A stretch of DNA of 55,313 nt, from positions 1-55,313 of the forward strand of contig JAZDNC010000037.1 of the NCBI GenBank assembly GCA_043800335.1, in the 5' to 3' direction. Source of the stretch: Chloroflexota bacterium. Its GTDB lineage: Bacteria; Chloroflexota; Dehalococcoidia; Dehalococcoidales; JAZDNC01. The position numbers and the translations under genes were made by a program. This document shows positions 1 through 8,563 of this stretch, one piece after another; the stretch's first letter is position 1; each line of letters begins with the position of its first letter. Under the pieces are notes generated by a model, which had not been told where the DNA came from, did no database searches, and was given only the letters and a program-made list of their open reading frames with translations.

Positions 1-301
1 CCATCATTATATTTAAAGGTCAGCCTGAAGTCAACACCTTGCTTATCTGGTTTTGGGGATACAATCCATCTGAAAGTGCAATAGTCTCGGCCCATACGAG
101 CACCGCTGTGCCTTCTCCAAATCCGCTGGATGGGCTATCGTTTATATGGGTAATCATCCAGCCAGTTCTTAATAGTTGCCTTAGATACGCCCATGATGAT
201 ACTTATTGTTGTCAATCAGCGAAATGGGACACTTTTTAAATCGAACACTTTGGCATGCTCAAGCGGCATTAACAAGCTCTCTAATCTGTCAGGAACATAA
301 A

Positions 302-337
302 AACATCCCCTGAGCCAACCAGAACTCAGGGGATGTT
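302..337 (-). terminator. Rho-independent terminator downstream of the 388..1089 gene
   Basis: 13-bp perfect inverted repeat AACATCCCCTGAG/CTCAGGGGATGTT with an adjacent A-run (U-tract on the minus strand). Confidence 0.75.
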
Positions 338-387
338 CAATTCACGAGCTACTTGCCTCCGGTTTACTGTCCATCCTACTGACCCAC

Positions 388-1089
388 CTACATTATCTGG
401 ACACCCGCTGGCAACTCGAACATGCTGTCCGGGATATCGCTAAAGTCGTAGTCTTTGAACTCGGAGATTGTTTTGCCCTCGGTTGTGGTTTGTTCCACCT
501 TGACGGGCAAACCACGGTCCTGCGAAATCCACATTTTTGACACGTTGCCTTCGAAATTGTATTCGAGGATGTAGCAGACGACACCGTTTATAGATTCAGT
601 ACCGAGATTCTTCGGATTATAGTCCGCGATAGAGCTTACCTCTTGCGTCGCTGGTTTCGAGGCTTGGTCGACGCTCGTTTTCACAGCAATGTTTTGCGAT
701 GGAATGTACGTGTACATAGTCTGGGCATCTAAGTCGACAAGACCAATGGCAGCAATGCCCTGAAAGCTCATTTCCATCCTCATCTTGTTTTTCTTGACCC
801 AGGTCACTGTACTTATTGCCGGAACGCCGGGCTGGGTTATCACTAAAGTGTACTTCAAGCTGGTTACGTTTTGTGCCCGGCCCAGGATTTCGCTCAGTGT
901 ATCACCGGATTTGGTTTGGGTTGGCTCAGGCGTAACCGGGGTACTTGGTCTTGGTGTCGCTACTGGTGATGTCTTCTCCGGTGACGGCCCCGCAGTCGGC
1001 GTTATTGTTTTACCTCCGCCACAGCCAGCGAGCAGGGTTATTGTAACTAGAACCGCCACTAACGCCCCTACAATTCGGCTTCTTCTCAT
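388..1089 (-). CDS. Lipoprotein with Pro/Thr linker and LolA-like/DUF4412-type beta domain
   Basis: Lipobox LLAGC, PT-rich linker, C-terminal pattern KMWIS..RGLPVK...DIPDSMFELP; ATG at 1089 with GGAG upstream. Confidence 0.75.
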   Translation of the reverse strand: MRRSRIVGALVAVLVTITLLAGCGGGKTITPTAGPSPEKTSPVATPRPSTPVTPEPTQTKSGDTLSEILGRAQNVTSLKYTLVITQPGVPAISTVTWVKKNKMRMEMSFQGIAAIGLVDLDAQTMYTYIPSQNIAVKTSVDQASKPATQEVSSIADYNPKNLGTESINGVVCYILEYNFEGNVSKMWISQDRGLPVKVEQTTTEGKTISEFKDYDFSDIPDSMFELPAGVQIM

Positions 1090-1327
1090 CAATAGGCTCC
1101 TTTCTACTTCAGTCTTTTAAAACGTTAAGGTTCGAATCTTACACATGCCATCGTGTGAACAGGAACGTAAGGGAATGAGAGAACGAATGTCGGCAGGAGA
1201 CTGATGAGCGAGAAAAACAGAGGAGCTTTTTGAAGAATCCAGTCTGTCTTTTCATATGTCTTCTTATCACCCAGCTTATATCACAAGGCCGTTGGCTCGA
1301 ATCCAAGCCACTTATTCTATACTTAAA

Positions 1328-1358
1328 AGCCCCTAAGGTGACCAAGAACTCAGGGGCT
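1328..1358 (-). terminator. Probable terminator of the Gly-rich protein gene; paralogous to 302..337
   Basis: AGCCCCT...AGGGGCT stem with adjacent AAAA. Confidence 0.55.
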
Positions 1359-1373
1359 CATTCAATTCACGAG

Positions 1374-2273
1374 CTACTTGCCACCACCGCCTCCGCCGCC
1401 ACCTCCACCACCACCACCACCGCCACCAGGCCCTCCTCCACCTCCACCCCCACCGGGGCCTGCTCCACCACCAGGACCTGTTCCACCTCCGGAAGGCACT
1501 CCACCTTTGCCACCAGGACCTGTTCCTCCACCAGGACCTGTTCCACCTCCGGAAGACACTCCACCTTTGCCACCAGGACCTGTTCCTCCACCAGAACCTG
1601 TTCCTCCACTAGGACCCGTTCCAGTCTTATCAGGCGGCTGTGTTCCTGTCTTGTCAGGTTGCGTCCCAGTCTTACCAGTCGGTGTCTTGGTCTTTCCCGA
1701 TACATCGGTCGAGATATGGGTCGGTCCCGGGGTTACGGTCTGGGGCGTTGGCATTTCAGGCTCACCAGACCCTCCACCGTCGTCAGACGGTGTTCCAGCA
1801 TCATCGGGCGTCGGCGTTTTGGTCTTGACGGGCGTCGGCGCTTCAGCCCCATCTTGGGGTAGTCCCTCTTCTTTACCAGTCGAAGGAGCCTTAGCCTTGA
1901 TAGAAATCTTATAGAAGCTCGGCACCCGGCTTCGTCCGGTAACTTTTAGATTCACCGTTCCGTCCTCGGACTTTTCCCATACCCCCGGGGACAACTCGTC
2001 GCCTTGACTGACACTGCTCAGGTCGAGTCCCAGGCTGGTAAATCCGCTCAGTGCCGAGACCAGATACGTCTCGCCATCGGTTTCCTTGATGTTCATTGAG
2101 CCTTCGGACTTTTGTAGCCACGCCCCCTGGGTGGCTGACCAGTCGCCAGAAGAGTAGCCGGGCGGCGCCCACCCATCCAGGCTTAATTGCCAGCCGTCAG
2201 CGGCAGAAACTGGCGAGGCAAGCAAAAAGACCACAACGGCTCCGGTTAACAGGGCTATAAGAATCTTTTTCAC
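1374..2273 (-). CDS. Secreted low-complexity Gly/Pro/Thr-rich protein
   Basis: Signal peptide MKKILIALLTG...VSA, small Trp-containing N-domain, GGGTGP repeats and poly-Gly tail. Confidence 0.7.
   Translation of the reverse strand: MKKILIALLTGAVVVFLLASPVSAADGWQLSLDGWAPPGYSSGDWSATQGAWLQKSEGSMNIKETDGETYLVSALSGFTSLGLDLSSVSQGDELSPGVWEKSEDGTVNLKVTGRSRVPSFYKISIKAKAPSTGKEEGLPQDGAEAPTPVKTKTPTPDDAGTPSDDGGGSGEPEMPTPQTVTPGPTHISTDVSGKTKTPTGKTGTQPDKTGTQPPDKTGTGPSGGTGSGGGTGPGGKGGVSSGGGTGPGGGTGPGGKGGVPSGGGTGPGGGAGPGGGGGGGGPGGGGGGGGGGGGGGGGK
1468..1610. repeat. Coding tandem repeat with 60-bp period inside the Gly-rich gene
   Basis: Lines 1501 and 1561 begin identically (CCACCTTTGCCACCAGGACCTGTTCCTCCACCAG); encodes GGGTGPGGKGGVxSGGGTGP. 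Confidence 0.85.
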
Positions 2274-2300
2274 AGTTGCCCCCTGTTTAAAGTTTCACCA

Positions 2301-2771
2301 TCACATGTTCCATATCGCGCTGAGCAAAGCCCGCCCGGCAGCGCCCAGCGTATTGTAGACCGCCGTCGCCAGGTCGTTGAACTGGGCGGTCTGCTCGGTC
2401 GTCCACGTTGCCTTGTCTTCCGGCAACCCGGCGATATAATCTCTCAGTGGTTTTTCAGTAGTAAGGTAATTCTCCCAGGCGGTGCTGAGGTCGCCATCCG
2501 CGATAAACTCAACCACACCCCCAAACTCGGTATTGAAGGTATCGGCATCAGCAAACGAGTAATTATCGAAGCCATAAAACTGGTCATACCACATGTGATA
2601 AGCAGAGAAAGCCACGACGCGTCTTTCCAGCGCGGCGATGCGACCCTGGGCGTCGGCGAGGTCGCTCTGGAGCTTAGCGTAGTCTTCTTTTGATACCCCG
2701 CCGGAACACCCGCTGAGCACGGCGATTCCCAGCAGGATAACCGATAGTGTGACAACCAACGTTTTCTTCAT
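2301..2771 (-). CDS. Hypothetical lipoprotein with short coiled coil
   Basis: Lipobox VLSGC, then YAKLQSDLADAQGRIAALE; purine-rich RBS. Confidence 0.75.
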   Translation of the reverse strand: MKKTLVVTLSVILLGIAVLSGCSGGVSKEDYAKLQSDLADAQGRIAALERRVVAFSAYHMWYDQFYGFDNYSFADADTFNTEFGGVVEFIADGDLSTAWENYLTTEKPLRDYIAGLPEDKATWTTEQTAQFNDLATAVYNTLGAAGRALLSAIWNM

Positions 2772-2803
2772 ACTTTCCCTCTTTCTAGCTCGCTGGTTTC
2801 TAT

Positions 2804-2948
2804 AATAAAAAGGGCAGCAACTTCGCCAGTACCTGGCAATTCTGCTGCCCTCGGTTCATCTACCATCCCCATCGAATCACTTTGGGAGACTATCTCAGAG
2901 AGGTCTCATGCCAAGCACTAACCTACACCCTGATTTGTCAATTGTCAA
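2804..2948 (-). promoter_or_regulatory. Sigma70-like promoter followed by a structured leader ending in a terminator hairpin
   Basis: TTGACA(2948-2943)-17-TAGGTT(2925-2920); hairpin AGGGCAGCA...TGCTGCCCT followed by TTTTATT (2851-2804) before the ATG at 2771. Confidence 0.55.
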
Positions 2949-3030
2949 TAGGAAAATAGCCCTTATCGCTCTTAGTTGGTGTAACGAGCGAGTCCGTAAT
3001 CCCAGCTGTGTGATAATCCGAGAGACTAAT

Positions 3031-3894
3031 CTAGGTTAACTCTGTGCCGCTTGCTACCAGTTCCCGGTACGCCTGCCTGAGCTTCCGGGTAATCGTCCCT
3101 GGTCTGCCGGAGCCAATCATTTTCCCGTCCAATTCGCTCAGAGGCATAACCTCTATTAACGAGCTGGTGAGAAAAGCCTCCTCCGCCTGAAGTAGTTCCT
3201 CCAGCCGTATGTCCTGTTCAACCGCTTTAATACCCATCCTGCCCGCCAACTCCAGGACTATCTCCCTCGTAATTCCGGGAAGTATTCCGCTTTGAGTCCC
3301 CGGCGTCCTCAGTGTGCCTCTGGTAACGAGGAAGGCATTGCTCATGCTGGCTTCGGCAAGTAGCCCTGCCTCATTGAGACAGATGGCTTCACCCGCCCCG
3401 GCGGCTCTTGCCTGCTCTCTAGCCAGGATGCTCTCCAGATAATTGGCTGACTTAAGAGCAGAGAGAAGCGACCGTTGGTTACGGCGGACTGACGAGACTA
3501 TAGCCCCGAGCCCCTTTTCGTAGACTGGCTCGGGGTAAGGCTGGTAGGCTCCCGCCACAACCAAGACGGTGGGACTCTTACATGAAGCAGGGTCGGGTGC
3601 CATCCCGCCCTCGCCGATAGACACGGTAATACGAATGCGTGCCTCGCTGAGCCGGTTAGCCCGGAGCGTATCCATTACGGCGCTCTTCAGGTCTAATCCC
3701 CCGATTTTGATGCTCAGGAGCTCCGCGGAACGGGCGAGCCGGGCAAGGTGTCTATCCAGACCGAAAACCCTGCCCCCATAGGCGCGCATCGTCTCGAAGA
3801 GGGCGTAGCCGTAGAGAAAGCCGTAGTCCATGACGGAGATACTGGCCTGGCTACGGGGTAACATGACGCCGTTGAGATAGACTATTTCATCCAT
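3031..3894 (-). CDS. pabC: Class IV PLP aminotransferase, probable 4-amino-4-deoxychorismate lyase
   Basis: GFLYGYALFETMR, KSANY, EASMSN, ILPGITR motifs; third gene after pabB-pabA. Confidence 0.75.
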   Translation of the reverse strand: MDEIVYLNGVMLPRSQASISVMDYGFLYGYALFETMRAYGGRVFGLDRHLARLARSAELLSIKIGGLDLKSAVMDTLRANRLSEARIRITVSIGEGGMAPDPASCKSPTVLVVAGAYQPYPEPVYEKGLGAIVSSVRRNQRSLLSALKSANYLESILAREQARAAGAGEAICLNEAGLLAEASMSNAFLVTRGTLRTPGTQSGILPGITREIVLELAGRMGIKAVEQDIRLEELLQAEEAFLTSSLIEVMPLSELDGKMIGSGRPGTITRKLRQAYRELVASGTELT

Positions 3895-4477
3895 TCTCAT
3901 CCCACCTCGGCCGGGAAAAGCTGAGGAAATTCCGGAGCAAATCGTGCCCCGTTCCGGTCATGATTGATTCGGGATGAAACTGCACCCCTTCAACCACATA
4001 CTCTCTGTGCCGGATGCCCATCACCACACCGTCAACCGTTTGGGCAGTGAGTTCCAGCTCGGGTGGTAGGGCGTCTTTCCTCACCATCAGAGAGTGGTAG
4101 CGCCCGGCTTCAAAGGGGCTCGCCAGACCCCGGTAGACTGTTCTGCCATCGTGATAGACGAGGGAGCTTTTGCCGTGGGTAGGCAGTGGCGCACGGACGA
4201 CCTCGCCGCCGTAGACATAGCCGATGCACTCGTGCCCGAGGCACACCCCCAGGATTGGGACTTTCCCGGCAAAGTAGCGGATAGCTTCGTTAGAGATACC
4301 CGCTTCAAGCGGGGTACAGGGTCCCGGGGAGATGATGATGTGGGATGGGCGCATCTGCTCAATCTCGCTCAGGGTAATATGGTCGTTACGGTAGACCGCC
4401 GGCTCCCAGCCCAGCTCGCCCAGATATTGAGCCAGGTTGTAGACAAAGGAATCGTAGTTATCGATGATAATAACCAT
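3887..4477 (-). CDS. pabA: Aminodeoxychorismate/anthranilate synthase component II (glutamine amidotransferase)
   Basis: IDNYDSF, ISPGP, GVCLGH, RYHSL, GVQFHPES. Confidence 0.9.
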   Translation of the reverse strand: MVIIIDNYDSFVYNLAQYLGELGWEPAVYRNDHITLSEIEQMRPSHIIISPGPCTPLEAGISNEAIRYFAGKVPILGVCLGHECIGYVYGGEVVRAPLPTHGKSSLVYHDGRTVYRGLASPFEAGRYHSLMVRKDALPPELELTAQTVDGVVMGIRHREYVVEGVQFHPESIMTGTGHDLLRNFLSFSRPRWDENG

Positions 4478-4478
4478 A

Positions 4479-5921
4479 CTACCCTACCGAGGTTAGCCCC
4501 AGACTGAGGGCGGCGATGAGTGCCTTGGCCTTGTCCAGTGTCTCCTGGTACTCGGCTTCCGGCTCGGAGTCGTAGACCACAGCGCCGCCCACCTGGAAGT
4601 AGGCTTTCTTGCCCTTGACGAGAAAGGTGCGTATGGCGATATTCAGGTCAATGTCCCCGTTGAAACCCAGATAGCCGATACTGCCGGTGTACACGCTCCT
4701 GCGGGTCGGCTCCAGCTCATCGATAATCTCCATTGCCCTGACCTTGGGTGCCCCGGTGATGGAGCCACCGGGAAAAGTCGCCTTGAGCAAGTCAATGGCG
4801 TTCTTGCCTTCTCTGAGCTTGCCCATCACGGTAGAGGTGAGGTGGAAGACGGTAGGATACGTTTCAAGTATCGCAAGCTCAGTCACCTTAACCGAACCGA
4901 ACTGTGAGACCCGCCCCAAATCGTTTCTCTCCAGGTCTACAATCATGATGTTCTCCGCCCGGTCTTTGGGACTGCCAAGAATCTCCCGGACAAGGGCTTC
5001 ATCCTCTTGCGGTGTCCCTCCCCGCGGGCGGGTGCCCTTGATGGGTCTGGTCTCGACCAGGTCGCCACGAAGGCGGAGAAACCGCTCCGGCGAGGCGCTC
5101 ACCACCTGAACTTCAGGAAAACCGAGATAGCAGGCGAAGGGCGCGGGATTAATCTTACGTAGTCGCCGGTAAAGCTCATAGGGGGTAATGGCAAGCTCCG
5201 CCTCGAAGCGCTGGGAGATATTTACCTCGAAGATGTCACCAGCAATGATATACTCCCGTGCCTTCCGGACGGTATCAAGGTACTCCTTGTGGGTGAAGTT
5301 CCCTTTGAGACCGTCCGTCGCCACAGGAGAAGTCGCCGGTGCAGTTGATGTCTCTTCCTCGGGCACGAAATCGGCTAACCTATCCTTAGCTTCTCCAAGA
5401 CGACTTTTTGCTCTCTTGAGCCTTTGGCTTTCATCGGTCTCCGGGAAGCCCGTGGAGACGAGATAGGCCTTAGCCTCAAGGTTGTCAAAGGCGAGAACCA
5501 AGTCATAGAAGCCAAAGTAGGACTCGGGTAGCCCAAGGTCATCAACCGCCTTCTCCGGCAACTGCTCAATGAAGTGAGCGAGGTCGTAGCTGAGATAGCC
5601 TACCGCCCCACCGCCAAAAGGCACCGGCAGAGGACCTGAGTCCAAGCGATAGGTCTCAAGAAGACGACCAAGTTCGTCAAAGGGATTGCCGTCTAAGTGG
5701 CGCTGTCTTCCTTCCTCGTTGATGGTAATTTGAGGGCCGCGGCTGCTGAACACCAGAAAGGGACTGCTACCCATGAAAGAATAGCGTCCCAGCTTATGGG
5801 GGTCCATACCGCTGTCAAGGAAGAAACTGTAAGGCTCCTCCCGGAACATCTCAAACGCTGCCGGTGGTGATAGACGGGTGTCTATCTCCTCGACAAGGGG
5901 ATAGAGAGGCAACCGACTCAT
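4479..5921 (-). CDS. pabB: Aminodeoxychorismate synthase component I
   Basis: SPERF, PIKGTRPR, ENIMIVDLERNDL, FPGGSITGAPK. Confidence 0.9.
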   Translation of the reverse strand: MSRLPLYPLVEEIDTRLSPPAAFEMFREEPYSFFLDSGMDPHKLGRYSFMGSSPFLVFSSRGPQITINEEGRQRHLDGNPFDELGRLLETYRLDSGPLPVPFGGGAVGYLSYDLAHFIEQLPEKAVDDLGLPESYFGFYDLVLAFDNLEAKAYLVSTGFPETDESQRLKRAKSRLGEAKDRLADFVPEEETSTAPATSPVATDGLKGNFTHKEYLDTVRKAREYIIAGDIFEVNISQRFEAELAITPYELYRRLRKINPAPFACYLGFPEVQVVSASPERFLRLRGDLVETRPIKGTRPRGGTPQEDEALVREILGSPKDRAENIMIVDLERNDLGRVSQFGSVKVTELAILETYPTVFHLTSTVMGKLREGKNAIDLLKATFPGGSITGAPKVRAMEIIDELEPTRRSVYTGSIGYLGFNGDIDLNIAIRTFLVKGKKAYFQVGGAVVYDSEPEAEYQETLDKAKALIAALSLGLTSVG

Positions 5922-5953
5922 ACGACAGAATACCCTGCATTCAGCATGGTGGC

Positions 5954-5982
5954 ATGATACCGCAGCAGAGAAATCACGTCAA
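5954..5982 (-). promoter_or_regulatory. Sigma70-like promoter of the pab operon
   Basis: TTGACG-17-TATCAT on the minus strand. Confidence 0.55.
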
Positions 5983-6138
5983 TTCAGGGAGGAGCGATTC
6001 CATATTATCCACCTTGTATTCCCGCCTTCCTCGTGGCTCTTTTCTCACATACCCCTTCCCAAATGCCCTTTTAGGTGATAGAATGAAAGCCAGAATAAGA
6101 TTAAGTCCCGGTAAAACCGATTCGCAAGGGAGACCAGT

Positions 6139-6378
6139 ATGAAGAAACATCTTGTCTGGTATCTCGTAGGTCTGGTGGTGCTGACACTGATCGTGGCTGC
6201 CTGCGGTGGCGGGACGTCAACATCTACCGTATCGGCGTCGGCAATCTCGCATCCCACCGCCGGCTTTGAGGATTGCCTCAAGTGCCATGCTACCGGCACC
6301 AGCGGTGCCACTGCCGTGCCCGCCAACCACTCAAGCTACACGAACAGCATGTGCACCAACTGCCACAAGCCCAAATAG
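6139..6378 (+). CDS. Small dihaem c-type cytochrome lipoprotein
   Basis: Lipobox IVAAC; two CxxCH motifs (CLKCH, CTNCH); GGAG RBS. Confidence 0.85.
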   Translation: MKKHLVWYLVGLVVLTLIVAACGGGTSTSTVSASAISHPTAGFEDCLKCHATGTSGATAVPANHSSYTNSMCTNCHKPK

Positions 6379-6461
6379 CCCGCGCGGCTTTCCCCCGCAA
6401 ATGGTGAACTCCCGGCATAAGCTGGGCCTGTGCCGACGAGCAACGCGACCTAACCCCGCAT

Positions 6462-6581
6462 ATGGTTAGCCTTCGGCGTGGTTCCACTGAGTCACTCGTT
6501 CCGATTAGTCGTCAGAGTGAACCACGAAGTGAGACCTCGGCGTGAGCTCGGTCGAACGCTCAGTCGAACGCTTGTCGAACA
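6462..6581. repeat. Nested palindromic repeat (TGAGC..GTCGAA family), copy A
   Basis: Near-identical to 47441..47533 apart from a 27-nt insert at 6496..6522. Confidence 0.85.
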
Positions 6582-6677
6582 TGTTCCCTCTTTTTAGCAG
6601 TCCGCCTTGACAATAAATAATTTGAAATAAAATCCAGCGTGCGCTAAAATTAGGGCGGTTGTGAAGGAGGCAAAGAG

Positions 6678-6881
6678 ATGCCGCGTTTGGGTCCGTGGGA
6701 AATTGCGCTCATCCTCCTCATCGTGCTCATCGTCTTTGGTGTGGGTAAACTGCCCCAGGTGGGTAGCGCACTGGGTAAAGGGCTAAGAGAGTTCAACAAA
6801 GCCAGGTCGGGTGAGGACGAGGAGAAGGAAAAATCTAAGTCAGCCAAGCCAGAAAAGGACAAGGAGAAGAAGGAGAGCTAG
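6678..6881 (+). CDS. tatA: Twin-arginine translocase TatA/E subunit
   Basis: [36 protein letters not shown]; AAGGAGG RBS. Confidence 0.93.
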   Translation: MPRLGPWEIALILLIVLIVFGVGKLPQVGSALGKGLREFNKARSGEDEEKEKSKSAKPEKDKEKKES

Positions 6882-7675
6882 GGCTTTCGCCCCACCTCTC
6901 TCACCTTCTCGACTATCCCGGGCAGAATCTCACCGGTTTTCCCCTGAATTATGTAGTCGGAAATCCCTCCGTAGGTCAGTGGCGTCGGCTCGGCATTCAC
7001 CTCAATGATAACCACCCCCTTTTTCCCTCTGGCGGTCCGGGGCAGGTCAGCGAAGGGATAGACCACCGCCGAGGTGCCACAGATTAGCATCAAATCGGAT
7101 TTTAAAGCCTCTTCGTGGCTTTTCTGAGCGACATCCCGCGGGATTGGCTCGCCAAAGGCGACCCCGTCGGACTTGACCACCCCACCGCACTCGGGACAGC
7201 GCGGCGGTAGCTTACCCTCAGCCTTAAGTCTGGTCAGGTCAAATCTCTCCGGTTTGAAGCGGGCGAGGCAGGTAGCACATCTCAACTTAAAGGCGTTCCC
7301 GTGGTATTCAAGGAGGCTTTTTGTCCCTGCCTTCTCGTGGAGACCGTCAACATTCTGGGTGATGACGCATTTCAGAATCCCCATCCTCTCTAGCTCAGCC
7401 AGGGCGTGATGACCGGCGTTAGGCAAGACCTTGCTCAGGTCGCCGAGAAAGCCGATGCCGGAAAGCCTCTCCTCCCACCAGCCCTTGGGGTCGCTAAGGA
7501 AGCGCTCGTAGCTCCGGTAGGCTCTTCGCTCCGCATCGGGATTTTTCGTCCAGATGCCAGAGGGTCCTCGGAAATCGGGGATGCCTGACTCCGTGGTGAT
7601 GCCAGCGCCGGTGAGGGCGATGGCGTAGTGCGAGTTAACCAGGTCTCTCGCCGCTCTCGAAATAAGCTCCTCCAT
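6878..7675 (-). CDS. cobB: NAD-dependent protein deacylase (sirtuin)
   Basis: [25 protein letters not shown], two CxxC, GTSAVVYP. Confidence 0.9.
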   Translation of the reverse strand: MEELISRAARDLVNSHYAIALTGAGITTESGIPDFRGPSGIWTKNPDAERRAYRSYERFLSDPKGWWEERLSGIGFLGDLSKVLPNAGHHALAELERMGILKCVITQNVDGLHEKAGTKSLLEYHGNAFKLRCATCLARFKPERFDLTRLKAEGKLPPRCPECGGVVKSDGVAFGEPIPRDVAQKSHEEALKSDLMLICGTSAVVYPFADLPRTARGKKGVVIIEVNAEPTPLTYGGISDYIIQGKTGEILPGIVEKVREVGRKP

Positions 7676-7695
7676 GGCTCTACCTCAGATTCAAT

Positions 7696-8481
7696 CTATT
7701 TAGCGTGGGTTTTCACAAATGTCTCAATCGTGCCGAAGTAAAGCTCTCCCGCCATCATAATATCATTGTGCCCGACTCCGGGAATAACCAGAAGATGTTT
7801 GGTAACTGCTCCCGAAGCCTGATAAAGCTCCCGTCCTTCCTCAAGCGGGACAAGCTCATCCAACTCGCCGTGGATGATAAGAGTCGGACTGGTTACCTTC
7901 CTGATTTTTACCTTGTTCAGATAGGGATTCGCCTCGGTGAAGGCGGTTTCGTCCATGCTGAGTCTAGACATGAGGCGACGGAAATTGGTGGCAGAACCGC
8001 TCTCAACAATCAGCCCCGAGATTTCGTGCCCGTGACTCACGGCAACCTCAATGGCAGACATACTGCCCAGCGAGTGTCCCATGACAAAGAGACTCCCCCT
8101 GAATCCCTCCTTCGCCATTATCTCCTTGAAGTCACTGAAGATATGGGGAGCGTCAGCCAGCATATTTGAGACCGTCGGCTTGCCGGAGCTTGCCCCGTAG
8201 CCACGGTAGTCGGCGACAAAGAGATTGATGCTCATCTGGTTATAGAGAGGGGCGATAGACTCATATCCAGAAGCGGTCTCACCGTTGCCGTGGAAGAAGA
8301 GAATGGTCGGAGCGTCCTTAGCCACTGTCCAGAACTCACAGCCAATCTCAACACCCTCGGCTACCGGAATCAAGTAGTCCGGCTCGGGAGACGGGAAGAA
8401 GCTGTCGGCAAAAAAGGGCGAGTAGACGAGGGGGAAGATAACCTCAAGAGCCTCCGGCTCATCTAAAAAGGATAAGTCCAC
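7696..8481 (-). CDS. Alpha/beta hydrolase
   Basis: FFHGNGE, DYRGYG, GHSLG, HGELDE, HND; GTG start at 8481 with GGAGAG RBS. Confidence 0.85.
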   Translation of the reverse strand: MDLSFLDEPEALEVIFPLVYSPFFADSFFPSPEPDYLIPVAEGVEIGCEFWTVAKDAPTILFFHGNGETASGYESIAPLYNQMSINLFVADYRGYGASSGKPTVSNMLADAPHIFSDFKEIMAKEGFRGSLFVMGHSLGSMSAIEVAVSHGHEISGLIVESGSATNFRRLMSRLSMDETAFTEANPYLNKVKIRKVTSPTLIIHGELDELVPLEEGRELYQASGAVTKHLLVIPGVGHNDIMMAGELYFGTIETFVKTHAK

Positions 8482-8563
8482 TGTTTGACTCTCCAAAGGC
8501 TTGCGATTTCCCAGACAAATAATAGCCAAGTCGCCGTGATTTCTCAAATGGTTAAAGCTCTCT

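Noticed and set aside
39-239. 66-aa plus-strand ORF
   Set aside because: TTG start, no RBS, no motifs
1378-1914. Plus-strand poly-Pro ORF (and 1230..1862)
   Set aside because: Antisense shadow of the Gly-rich gene, which has the signal peptide, operon context and terminator
6577-6586. GAACATGTTC as a LexA box upstream of tatA
   Set aside because: Spacer is 2 nt rather than 4 nt and it overlaps the repeat end
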